Origin: Octopus vulgaris
Lineage: Eukaryota
DNA: 64,000 bases
Direction: 5' to 3'
Assembly (NCBI GenBank): GCA_951406725.2
Contig: OX597814.1
Location: forward strand, 41,726,001-41,790,000
The number at the start of each line of letters is the position of its first letter. Position 1 is the stretch's first letter. The notes under the pieces are model-generated. The model was given only the letters and a program-made list of their open reading frames with translations. It was not told the origin of the DNA and searched no databases. The position numbers and the translations under genes were made by a program. This document shows, in pieces, positions 14,759 through 26,446 of the stretch.

Positions 14759-14809
14759 CACATTTATATGTATGTATATATCTATGCATATATATGTATG
14801 TATGTATAC

Positions 14810-14841
<32 letters not shown>

Positions 14842-14855
14842 GTATATATGTATAT

Positions 14856-14927
<72 letters not shown>

Positions 14928-15015
14928 GTATATATGTATATATATAGGTATATATATGTTTACTTATGCATTCATGTATATATATATTTACATATTTATA
15001 TAGTTATATATATAC

Positions 15016-15046
<31 letters not shown>

Positions 15047-15079
15047 CATATATATACATGTATATACATATACATATAC

Positions 15080-15126
<47 letters not shown>

Positions 15127-15148
15127 CATATATATACTCTCTCTCTCA

Positions 15149-15185
<37 letters not shown>
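14672..15185. repeat. Long degenerate (TA)n-rich microsatellite
   Basis: Seen directly; source of the YIYI ORFs. Confidence 0.97.
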
Positions 15186-15190
<5 letters not shown>

Positions 15191-15739
15191 CTTGTCTTTG
15201 AATAATACTCAAAGATTGCGAGATTAACATGTGTTTACTCATAAATTCTATAAAAGCTACCAAAGAAAATCCTTATTCAAAATTTATTGATGAAAGCGAA
15301 GATAGATGATGTGTGGGAAGCCAATACACTTGCATACATACACACACACACATATATTTCCGTATACATATATACACATATATTGCAACAGTTTTAACAA
15401 TAAATATATGAAAGTAAAAAAGAAAATATTTATTTCACACCAGAATACACTTATTGAATATTTAGTATTGCTGTAGTATGACTTCAGATGTTGATGTTGA
15501 TACTGCCAATGGATGTCGTTTCTGCTGTTGTTATTGTTTGATTTTTTTGTTGGCGTTGTTGTTGTTGCTTCTGCTGCGGCTGTTCTTGTTATTGTTGCTG
15601 TTGCTGCTGCAGATACTGCCATTGATATTTCCTTTTACATACCTCCTTCTTTCAGATACTATCGACATAACTGTCACTACTTATGTAACTCAGTGCAAAA
15701 TATGCATATAAAATTAATAACAATATAAATCATGTAATA

Positions 15740-15785
15740 TAACGATAATAATATCAATAATAATAATAATAGTAATAATAATATC

Positions 15786-15853
<68 letters not shown>

Positions 15854-15901
15854 TACTAATAATAATAATAATGATGATGATGATGATAATAATAATAATA
15901 T
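15740..15901. repeat. (AAT)n/(GAT)n microsatellite
   Basis: Seen directly. Confidence 0.95.
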
Positions 15902-16648
15902 AAGCAGAAAAATATCAGATAACATTAGGTATTAGTAATCAGAAAGTAAATAACTGTTATGTATAAAGTAAAACGAAAACGATTTCAATAATTATATCAA
16001 TAACATAATCATTAATACAATTTATGTTACAAATACTAATAATATATTTATTGAAATATTATCAATACTAGTAAAAGAAACATTTTCTACTACTACTTCT
16101 GACAATGGCTATGATGATGATGATGATTATGATGATGATGAGGAGGAGGCGGAGGATAAAGATGGGGATGATGATGAAGATGATGATGAAGATGATGATG
16201 ATGTCGACGACTACGATGATTTGTGTAGCATTTCGAAAAATAATTATGGTAGTAGTCGTGGTAGTTATAAATATAAAAATGCTACAATTAAAACATAAAA
16301 GAATCAATAAAACCAATCAATGTATTCATATATGAGTGGCAAACAAACATGACTTAGAGAAAAACCTGGAGTCATAGAGAAAAGAAACGTGTCTACTTAC
16401 ATATCATACTTACATACGCAACAATGTTTATATATGTGCGTATGATCGGATGTTTCCATCAATAGACTCAAAATATTGTAATATTCCTTTTCACATTCAT
16501 ACAAACATAGATATGTGCTGACGCAAACTGCATATACATACAATTATCGGTAAATATATGTGTTCCTCTTTGTATATGTGTGTTGTGTGCGTATGAGTGT
16601 CTATGTCTCTGTCTATGGAAGATCTAGTGAATACGAAGTCATACTTGA

Positions 16649-16708
<60 letters not shown>

Positions 16709-16711
<3 letters not shown>

Positions 16712-16772
16712 GTCACAAATAATTTAACGTGTAAAAATACAGAGACACGTACACACACAATCAGAAATATTA

Positions 16773-16821
<49 letters not shown>

Positions 16822-16882
16822 GTCACAAATAATTTAACGTGTAAAAATACAGAGACACGTACACACACAATCAGAAATATTA

Positions 16883-16933
<51 letters not shown>

Positions 16934-16994
16934 GTCACAAATAATTTAACGTGTAAAAATACAGAGACACGTACACACACAATCAGAAATATTA

Positions 16995-17045
<51 letters not shown>

Positions 17046-17132
17046 GTCACAAATAATTTAACGTGTAAAAATACAGAGACACGTACACACACAATCAGAA
17101 ATATTAATATGTATATATATATATATATATAT
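16709..17132. repeat. Minisatellite: 4 copies of a ~70 bp unit each followed by (TA)n
   Basis: cccgtcacaaataatttaacgtgtaaaaatacagagacacgtacacacacaatcagaaatattaatatg starts at 16709, 16819, 16931 and 17043. Confidence 0.97.
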
Positions 17133-17437
17133 TTGTGTATGTGTGTATGTGCGAATGCATGTATAAGCACTTATTTTTGTGCGATTCTGTGTTTGGACGT
17201 ACATACAATCAAACGTGCACACTTGTACATTGGCGTTGTACAACACATTCATTAATTGGTCGCTTCAGCCGATTGAAATATGTCCAAAGTATCCTACAGT
17301 TCACAACATGCGATAATATATAACCAAATTAAACGTAAATGCATTACGTCAGCAAATCGAATACATACGTGTGCTCATATATGGGTTTATTTCATTGTCT
17401 AAATATCCCCGGCCTCCAAAAGTGTTCTTTTATTTTT

Positions 17438-17640
17438 TCTTTTACTTATTTCAGTCACTTGACAGTGGCTATGCTGGAGTAGTGCCTTTTGTCGAAAAAA
17501 TTCGACCCTAGGATTTATTGATTGTAAGCCTAGTGCTTATTCTATCAGGCGTTTTCGCCGAACTGCTAAATTATGGTGAAGTAAACACACCAACATCGGT
17601 TGTCAAGACATGCTGTGGTGAGGGCAAACACACACACACG
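17438..17640 (-). mobile_element. 3' half of a SINE with a CR1-type tail (same family as 22075-22536)
   Basis: tttcagtcacttgacagtggctatgctggag...gccgaactgctaa...aacatcggttgtcaag aligns with 22081-22290. Confidence 0.8.
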
Positions 17641-18299
17641 GTAGAAGAAGAAAACAACAACAATAATAACAACAGTAACAGCATCAGTAGCAACAGAAAC
17701 CAGGTCACTGAAAATCGAACGCCAACATCAAAAATATGAACTATTGAGAAGAGCACTACGAGAAGAACTGAAGATCAGAATATTGTAAGCGTGATAGTGA
17801 AAGCCATCATAGATGTTTGTAGGAAATGATTCATGAATTATGAACAATGAAATAACTTTGTAACACACTTTGATAATTATCAACATTAAGTCTGTTACAA
17901 CAATTAAAATTAAAATCACTCAACCCATGTCCTGTAGAGTAAAACAAACACAAGAATAGATATAGTGCAAAAAGACCAAGTATACGAAGCAGTTACTAAA
18001 TTTACAAAGAAAGGCATCTCCTCTAGATCTAACCTTAACTGAAATATCAAAACTCCGAAACAAGCACTTGTGAGAGTGTATCGCGTACTAATTTGGTTGC
18101 AATGTAACCCCTTCCTCTGTTTTAAAGACTACAAATATACAATGTTTCTTACCATTCCTTTCGAATAAAGAAGTTAGCATAACACAAAGAATGCCTGCAA
18201 AGTAACTAAATGGAATGGATATATAGAGATTACTATTCAGACCAAATATAGAAGAAAAGAAATTATTTTCAAAGTATGCAATTAATCATCTAGTTATTC

Positions 18300-18950
18300 T
18301 ATACAAAACGAAGACAATATCCAATAACACGAAATGCCACGATTTCTTTTAGGTTTTTGAGTGCTTATAGCCATGTAACTGATTTGGAGCCATTTGATCA
18401 ATTTCCAAATATCCATTTTTACACACATTTCATAAAATTTATTGGTGGATTGCACATTCCTCTGAATCCGCATCATCCTTCAGAAATGGAAATCCACGAA
18501 GATTATGCCAGCAATTTCTCAGCGAAAATAATTCGGTTCAAGCCATGAGAATAGTAGTCTGTAATCTCTCGTTGCTATTGCTGATTTTATTCGTTTTAGA
18601 TAGCATAGCTTGTCGGGGGAGATATAGTAAATGACACTTATTGCCAAATTTGTAATTAGATGAGCGTTTCTTCCCAAAACATCAGCCATAAAATGTATCC
18701 AGCTGCTTATATTTCAGTTCATATTTCCATAATCATCACGTCATCGACTGGAATCATGAGAATTTATATGCCTATTTATGAAACGCCTAAAGTATATGTA
18801 ACAATAATTTCGACCTATATTACCTTACAAATCATTAAAATGAGGAGCCAGATTCGTATCCCATGTCGTTCACTGTATCATCGTTTTTCTTTATCCAAAA
18901 GACTGTTGCATTAGCGTTTGGACACATTAGCGAAACCCTAAAGAATTTTG
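18300..18950 (-). mobile_element. Possible very decayed piggyBac-like transposase
   Basis: Minus-strand FMADVLGRN resembles xxVMSRNRF, and a downstream segment resembles KGRxxFRQYxPxKPxKxG.KxWxL. Weak similarity only. Confidence 0.25.
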
Positions 18951-19010
18951 ACTTTTCATATGGTTTATTGGCAGACTTGGTATTGTATCATTTGGCTTCC
19001 CTTGCCCGAT

Positions 19011-19695
19011 GAAACCGTGTATGCGACTAATCTTTATATTTAGCATATTTTCATTTGTCTTGCTCCCTTACGTTCTGGCATTAGCTGAATTTTCTTGCGA
19101 ACAATCTTTTCTTAGTGGTCAGACCATACGGAGTCTACATCTAGCATGTTGTATGTCTATTGAGTGGTCATTGGACACTCTCTTATATTTGTGTATTAAC
19201 TTTTACTGTATCCCAGTTTTTATGCGCTAAACCACTTGGTGTTAAATTGATGTTATTAAATTAATATCCAATTTGTTCACCCTTATTTTGATTTTAATTA
19301 TACTGCAGTAAATTATTGATGCAGTATTTGTTTCGGGAATTTTGGCGCGCTATGACGAGAGCATTCGAATCATAACTGCGAATATAATAGACTGAACCAC
19401 ACGTGTGTTTGGCTTTATGTTAAAATTTGGCGTGTGGTTCAATAAATTATATTCATGACGAATTCTACTGAGGAGCTGTGGATCTATTATGTAAGTAACA
19501 TTGCATAATCCATTAACAATGAAACAATAGTCTAGAATTAATCTGCATTTTTGTTATTTTTCATTTGTCCTGCTCGTTTACGTTCATAGTTGTGCTAATT
19601 GTCCTTGGGAACAATTCTTGTTGGTTGAGACCATTGCGGATCTATTTTTAGCGCAAGAGCGTCCACATAGTGGACGCTCTCTTATATTTGTTTTG
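19011..19695 (+). repeat. Diverged direct repeat (period 510 bp) associated with a hammerhead motif; PLE pLTR or retrozyme-like
   Basis: 19011-19192 (gaaac...ttttcatttgtcttgctc...ggacactctcttatatttgt) aligns with 19521-19690 (gaaac...ttttcatttgtcctgctc...ggacgctctcttatatttgt). Confidence 0.75.
19461..19539 (+). ncRNA. Type I hammerhead ribozyme candidate (minimal stem III, long stem II)
   Basis: aattcta CTGAGGA [46-nt stem-loop II] GAAA c-aata-g TC tagaatt. Stem I is a perfect 7 bp, the core is intact, and GUC cleavage is predicted after 19532. Confidence 0.8.
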
Positions 19696-21911
19696 TATAT
19701 ATATATATATATATAGATAGATAGATATATAGATAGAGAGAGAGAGATAGAGAGAGAGAGAGAAAGAGAGAGATCAAATACGGACAAAGCACTTCAGGAA
19801 TGTTGACAACATGAGAAAGGTGAGGAGGAGTAGATAAACAAAGAGATAAGTAAAACATGTATTATAAAATGTTATACTGAAATAAAACCAAACGGAGACA
19901 CGTTATGACCAATACCTGGGAAACCTAAACAGAACGGAAATATGAAAATCAAAGGAAAATAGACATTCTCGCGTTGGCTGAAAATCACATTAAATATTCT
20001 CAGATTTAGTCTATTTGTTTAAATTTTATTATACAAAGAAGCCCCTTTAAAATCCACCAAGCACATACAATCAAACAGAAAGTATTAGATACAAAGAAAA
20101 AAACTTGAAAGACTAAAAGTAAAAGATTGCACACTGTCTCTCTATTCTCCCAGTCATAGCCAGAGGAGAAACATATCCATTATTACGATAGGGCTACGGA
20201 CTTTTATACGTAGAATTGAAACTATGCCGGTATTAGGATATACATGCGGAAAAGTTCATATGTATGTATATCAAACATGTTTAATTCATTAAATAGCATC
20301 GGGGATGACCAGCGTGTTACACTAACTATAAACAATTTAAGGGAATAGAGAACAATTCATATGAAAGTGAGACCAATTTAGTCAATGTCTAATAAATAAT
20401 ACAAATAAAGTGATATCATTCAGCTCCAGTTTGAAACGGGAATAATGTGTATTCTGTTCATTATGCAAATTACTATACTGACAGAAAGAAAAGTTGTAGT
20501 CGGCTTCAATGAAGGGCAGCAGTTTAAAGAACAAACACTGTAAATGAAATAACTCTAAAGCATCGACTTTTGAATGCTTATTTCACGCTCCAGTCTACCC
20601 CACCTCCATTCAACTGATGCACACATAAAAAATATTAAAGCTGCATTCTAGTATGAATTCGGGGAGAAAGTTTCTCAGAAATAAATATTGCATTAAAAAA
20701 AAAAAAAAAAAAACGAAAATGAGCTAATTGAGAAGAATACATCATGTATATCTATTATGAAATCTAAAGAATGCAACTGAAAGAAATAGTAAATAAAGAA
20801 AAGAGAAATGATAAACCACAGAAAAACATAGAGTGTTTTGTGAACGTAAACCACGCATACAAACAATTTAAATATTAGCTTTCACTCAACCTAACTCTTG
20901 AACGCCTACAAAATAGAGAATCATTGAATCAGAAATAATACAGCACAAACAAGTTTTAGAAAAGCAAAATGAGAAAGATTCTATGATAGGAAATTTTAAA
21001 TGCGCAAATCTAAAGGCAGAAATAATTGAAAATTTAAAAACAATAAAAATAGAACCTATGTGGAAATGTGAAAGGAAGTAGCAAGTATGAAATTCTACCA
21101 TGAAGTAGGATCAACAAGAAAAATCAAGTCGTATTCATGGTTATCAGAGATTTCTTAAAAAGAGACGAGAATTCTAATAACACGTAAAATAATATCGGCA
21201 GCAGCCGTTCTATTTGCAAGGCAAAGTAGGTACTCTTTCACACCTACTCATATTCGAATGCATATCAAAGTCTAAAACGGAATTTTTAAAAATCATAGAA
21301 AAGAGAATAGATATATCAAGCCTTAATGAATTCAATATGGATAAACAAAAACACGTAACGGAAAAATGACAAGGTGATGCTTCAAAATATATCATAACGC
21401 TAAAATAAGTAGCGAAAATCAATGAAGTACTGAAAGTAGAAATTCTCGCTAATTCACAAAAATATCCGTGTATGATAAGCGACATCAATTCCTTAAAGAA
21501 AGCAAACGACTCAATTCATTCTAAAACTATTTTATCAAGACCTAGACAAAGAATGTAATAGAAATAACTGCAGTGCCAGAAGTAAGCGTAGAAGAAGAAT
21601 TTTCAGGAGAGAACAATTGTTGACGGCTATGTTTCTGAAAGAAATAAACCCAAAACAGCTTAACCAAACAAGTGGACGTCACCACAATATAATATGCTCG
21701 GAAGACTTTGCGACAATTATTTCACGGGCAAAACATATGAATGAAAGAACTGTTGGATAAGAAATGATTTCGTCAGATTCGACTGTGTGGATAATTGATA
21801 AAATATCTTCAAAGGTAGACTCAGGTCGACTTATTCATCCAAAATGAATATGTGGACAGAAGCAATACTGAAGCGCGTTTTGTGTGTGTGTGTGTATGTG
21901 TTTGTGTACAT

Positions 21912-21931
21912 AGACAGACAGACAAACAGAC

Positions 21932-22023
<92 letters not shown>

Positions 22024-22035
22024 GATAGATAGATA
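21912..22035. repeat. (GACA)n(GATA)n microsatellite
   Basis: Seen directly. Confidence 0.97.
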
Positions 22036-22074
22036 TACATATTATTTTATACTTCCCTTCTCATATTTCTGTAC

Positions 22075-22536
22075 TTGTACTTGTATCAGTCATTTGACAG
22101 CAGCAATGCTGGAGTACCGCCGTGAAGTGTTTTAGTAAAACACATCGATCCCTGGACGAGTCTTTTTGAAGCCAAGTGCTTATTCTATAGGTGTCTTTAG
22201 CCGAACCGCTAAGTTAAGGGGACGTAAAAAAACGAACATCAGTTGTCAAGTGGTTCTGGTCTGAGGGATAAATACAGACACAAAAACGCACCCTCATAAC
22301 ACACATACCCATATACGCACAAACACATACACACACACACATATATATATAAATATATATACATATATATATATATATATACATGTATACGATAGGCTTC
22401 ATTTAGTTTCTGCCTACCAAATCCATTCACAAGGCTTTTGATTGGCCCGAGGCTACAGTCAGAGATGCCACGCAGTGTGACTGAACGTAGAATCATGTGT
22501 TTGGGAAGGAAAACTTCTAGCCTCACAGTCACGCCT
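22075..22536 (-). mobile_element. tRNA-derived SINE with internal microsatellite and CR1-type tail
   Basis: Decayed tRNA-like head (aggcgtgactgtgagg...gttcagtcac), ccttgtgaatggatttggtag domain, internal (TA)/(TG) tract, and tail ggcggtactccagcattgctgctgtcaaatgactga. Confidence 0.82.
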
Positions 22537-22554
22537 GTATATATACAGGTGATC

Positions 22555-22969
22555 AGATAAATATAGTTGTGGCCGTTGTACGGGGTTACCAAGGAGTTCG
22601 CGTTCATATAGCGCTTAGCTTTACAGCGTCTGGCAAAACTCCAGTGGCCGTTGGCCTATAAACTCTCTTCAAAGTTGGGGGAGAATAAATACTTCGTGGC
22701 TAGTTGATGAAAACACAGATAAAAGCGAAGTGTATACTGCAAGTGATTGTCTCCCTTAGACCGTTATCAGGAAATCACCCTGTCAGCTTGCTGGTAGAAA
22801 GATTTTAGTCACCTGTTTCAACAAGGCACGAGGATTTTTCACCTCCTCCAGTTTGAGAAGAGGTTATAGGCTACCTGTCAATAGGGTCTTACAAGACGCT
22901 GTAAAGCCAAGCGTTTGTCGTAGCGAGACCCTCGGTAACCCCATAACCGGGCCATAAATATCCTTATCT
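22555..22969. repeat. ~415 bp imperfect palindrome (MITE/foldback-like)
   Basis: Paired blocks ggggttacc/ggtaacccc, gctttacagcgtct/agacgctgtaaagc and gcctataa/ttataggc, with complementarity continuing toward the centre. Confidence 0.85.
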
Positions 22970-23929
22970 AAGTACTTTACTGCTGTATATCTTTGAGTGT
23001 ACTTCTCTTTTGGATATATGATTTACTGACGATATAAATATATACAGTTAGTTGTTTCCTTGCCATTCTCTTTTATCACATTACAACACACAAATTCACT
23101 ATTCGGCAAAAGCATGGAGAAGATGAGCACCGAACTTAATACATGTTGTAGTGTCAACAGATCTCATCAAAAGAATGTCCAGCATCATTGCAGTAAATGA
23201 AGCTCAGCAAGAGAACAAAGATAGATGTAGCTGCCAGAGAAAATACGTTACTGTATCCCTGACAGAAAGTATCTTTAACAAACAGCTACGTTTAAACAAA
23301 TAGCTATTCCTAAAACAATTACTGCGCTCTTACCTACATTCCTAGAGCATAACAGTGGTTTGATTGCAATAACACTGAAATAAGTCAATTTCGAGAAAAC
23401 TAATTCTTTTCAGCAAAGAGACTGAAAAATCTGATTTGTCTTTCAGTGTGTATAACTAATAAACATATCATGCGTTATGTTTGAATAAATACGTACTAAG
23501 ACAGCTAATATTGCATTTCTTCATTTCTTGCGGTTAGTTACGTGTGCTTTCCTAACTTGGATGCAGTTACACATCATGGGTAAATAGAAAGCAATTCTAC
23601 AAATGCAAATATATTTAAAGATTACATCTAATTAGACAATTCTGACGATGAAGCATATTAAGTATTTATAACTAAACATATTTCTGTTAAAGCAGAAATA
23701 CTCCGAGAAATACTCCTGCTCTCCGTTATTTTCCTGTCTGGTGTGAATATCTTCAATCAAGAAAGTTATGGTAGACTGGAATAGAAAACAAATATATCGA
23801 GTCAACACTATATATATATATATATATCGAAAACTATTGGTTCTAAATCTCTGAACGAGAGACATGAAGCAACAGAACTTTAGAGTGAGTTCTATTTGCC
23901 ACTTTACGCTGGCAAATAAACTTTACACT

Positions 23930-25010
23930 ATGAGGTCATCTCATTAGTCCTGTCCAAATTTTTAATAAAGAAAACAAGTGATCAAATGTTATATTTAATT
24001 GAAATTTAATCAGCAACGTACTTTTCCTGATTATCTATGAACTCCTTCCATCTATTTACAAGCTTTTTAATCCCATCAATGTAAGACTCTTTTGGTTTCA
24101 AAGCGAAGAACTATGAAATGTAAATTTTTACCGCCTCCTAGCTTGTGAATGTTATGTTGTCCAAATGATTCTGTAAACAACGAAACGAATGGTAATCTCA
24201 AGGAGCAAGATCGAGTGAATAAGGTGGATAAGGAATTTTTTTCCAGATCAAGCCATTCGATCTTCTGTGATGGGATTTTTGCAGTGTAGAGTCGCGCATT
24301 TTCCTGATGAAACATCTCTCCTTTTCGATTCACTAAAGTGGGTCTTTTTTTCTACAATGCTTAGTTCAAACACACTAATTACTGAGAGTAAACTTGAGCA
24401 TTGATTGTTGCATTTGGTGGTAACAATTCAAAGTGAATTACTCCTTTGCAATCCCACCAGGTAGAGAGAAGAACCTTTTTACCATGAAGTTCCCTTCTCA
24501 GTCGTGGTTGAGATTTTTCCCTTTTACCAAGCCACTGTTTACCACATTTAACATTTCAATAGAAGATCCATTTTTCCAAGTTTATTCAAAAATGGTGAAA
24601 TGAGTTCGCGAGAATGGAGGAAAGAGCAGATATCAAGTCGGGATTTGCGGTTACTTTCGGACAATTCATGAGGCACACATTTTCCAAGTTTAAGAACCTT
24701 TCCAAGTTGTTGAAGATAACGATGAACAGGTGTAGGTTTTGGATTAAGCTTTATTGCCAATTGTTCAACTGATAATGCAGGATTTTGTTCAAGTAAAGCA
24801 AAGGAGCTTATCATCAAACTCAACTGGACGTCCTGTTCGATGTTCATTTTCAAGGCTAAAATCTCAATTTCTGAATTTTGCAAAGCATCTTCTGCAAGTT
24901 CTTTCATTCAAGCATACTTTCCCATAAATCGAGAGTATGTTTTGAGTTTTTCTACTCATAAAGCAGTATGTGCCTTAAATGCTCGTTGGATACTTCCATG
25001 TTATAAAGGG
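23930..25010 (-). mobile_element. mariner transposon remnant, inactive
   Basis: Minus strand gives MEVSNEHLRHILLYE, LGKVLKLGKCVPHELSE (WVPHEL), NRKGEMFHQENARLYTAK, PYSLDLAP and the end IDNQEKYVAD*. Stops and frameshifts present. Confidence 0.92.
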
Positions 25011-25099
25011 TTTTAATCAAAGAAATTGATATATATATATAAATTCAAAAGTTAGACAGAGAAAGGAAAAATATACGAAAACTGTGTAGACATGCATAT

Positions 25100-25645
25100 A
25101 TACAGAGCGAGGCTGAAAGAACTACGACTCTACTCCATAGAACACAAACGTGAGAGACATAATAATTTACATGTGAAAAGTACTGAAAATCTACTATCTA
25201 ATTTTGGCATCAAGTGTTATATGACTACTCATACTGGATGCCACTGCATAGTACCGAAGGTACCGTCCAATGCATCTACTATAAGTACCAGGTACTGCAA
25301 TAGCCTAGTGATCAGAGGGTCACAGCTCTTCAATCCGCTGCCAAAACAATTGAGAAACTTACACGATATAGATGGGAAATTCTTCAAAAACAAACTGGAC
25401 ACTCTCCAATCCACAAAACCAGACCAATCAATGGCGGGCCATGAGTCACAGTTGAGGGCAACATTATCAAATTCCCTCATACATGAAATAGGCCAACGCC
25501 AATTTTTTTTATGGGATCACATTAGTCGGAGGGGAGGAACCACGGATGGACTATGGAGAGGGTACAAAAATATAGACTTAAAAAATCATGGTGGTCCTCC
25601 AGCATGACTACAGCCACCTGGCTGAAACACAAGAAATAATAAAGA
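25100..25645 (+). mobile_element. CR1-like LINE 3' end (5'-truncated)
   Basis: YRARLKELRLYSIEHKRER...GSQLFNPLPKQLRNL...FKNKLDTLQSTKPDQ...SNSL, then a 3' tail ggtggtcctccagcatgactacagc. Confidence 0.85.
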
Positions 25646-26037
25646 AATATATATATATATATACTGTTTGCTTGTTATCAGTCGTAAGACACTGTTGTTT
25701 TCACCGTTAATGCTTCTGTATTTCATGTTTCTGTATTCCATTATTGTTTTTTGTTTTTTTATATCTGTCCCTTTTGCTGTCCTGGTGTTCATATGCATTC
25801 GATCCTTCTTCCAGGAAATCTACGCTTCCAGCTTAGTTTTTCTAATGCTCGTTGCTTGGTTTTTCTTGGAGGGCTGGCCGTGATCTAGTAATCTCAAGAT
25901 TAATCAGCCGAAATTACTACGATGATCCGGTTCTTGACTGAAGACTGAGGGTTTCGAATGTCCTGTCCGTGTTTATTGTGTCGTCTTCTAAGAGTTATAC
26001 GTTCTTGTCCATGTTGTATTTTTCTACATACCTTAAC

Positions 26038-26068
<31 letters not shown>

Positions 26069-26169
26069 GGGTAATAAGAATTATAGAAATTATTATTACC
26101 AGTGGCCTAGCCCAAAAAATAGTCAATAGACTATATATTATTCACATAAAAATGTCCTGTACACTGAGA

Positions 26170-26274
26170 GGCTTCCAAATAGGAAAGCCTTTTGCTAGAA
26201 AGAGCAGTAGAAAATTCTAGTGGTTTGAGTTTTCCACTGCTCTTTCTAGCACAAGGCTTTCCCATTTGGAAGCT
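26170..26274. repeat. Near-perfect hairpin, 48-bp arms and 9-nt loop
   Basis: 26170-26217 versus 26227-26274: 43 of 48 Watson-Crick pairs by eye. Confidence 0.92.
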
Positions 26275-26297
26275 TCTTCATGTGTCTTAATGTACAC

Positions 26298-26380
<83 letters not shown>

Positions 26381-26386
26381 CATACA

Positions 26387-26434
<48 letters not shown>

Positions 26435-26446
26435 CATACATACACA

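Noticed and set aside
14548-15227. Many [12 protein letters not shown], poly-L/I/S/V ORFs here and across the window
   Set aside because: They are translations of stop-free microsatellites and show no domain content.
16709-17132. Repeat-spacer appearance suggesting CRISPR
   Set aside because: The spacers are just (TA)n, the repeat is ~70 bp, there are no cas genes, and the context is eukaryotic.
19850-21750. A-rich plus-strand region resembling a decayed retroelement ORF
   Set aside because: No diagnostic motif could be read in any frame.
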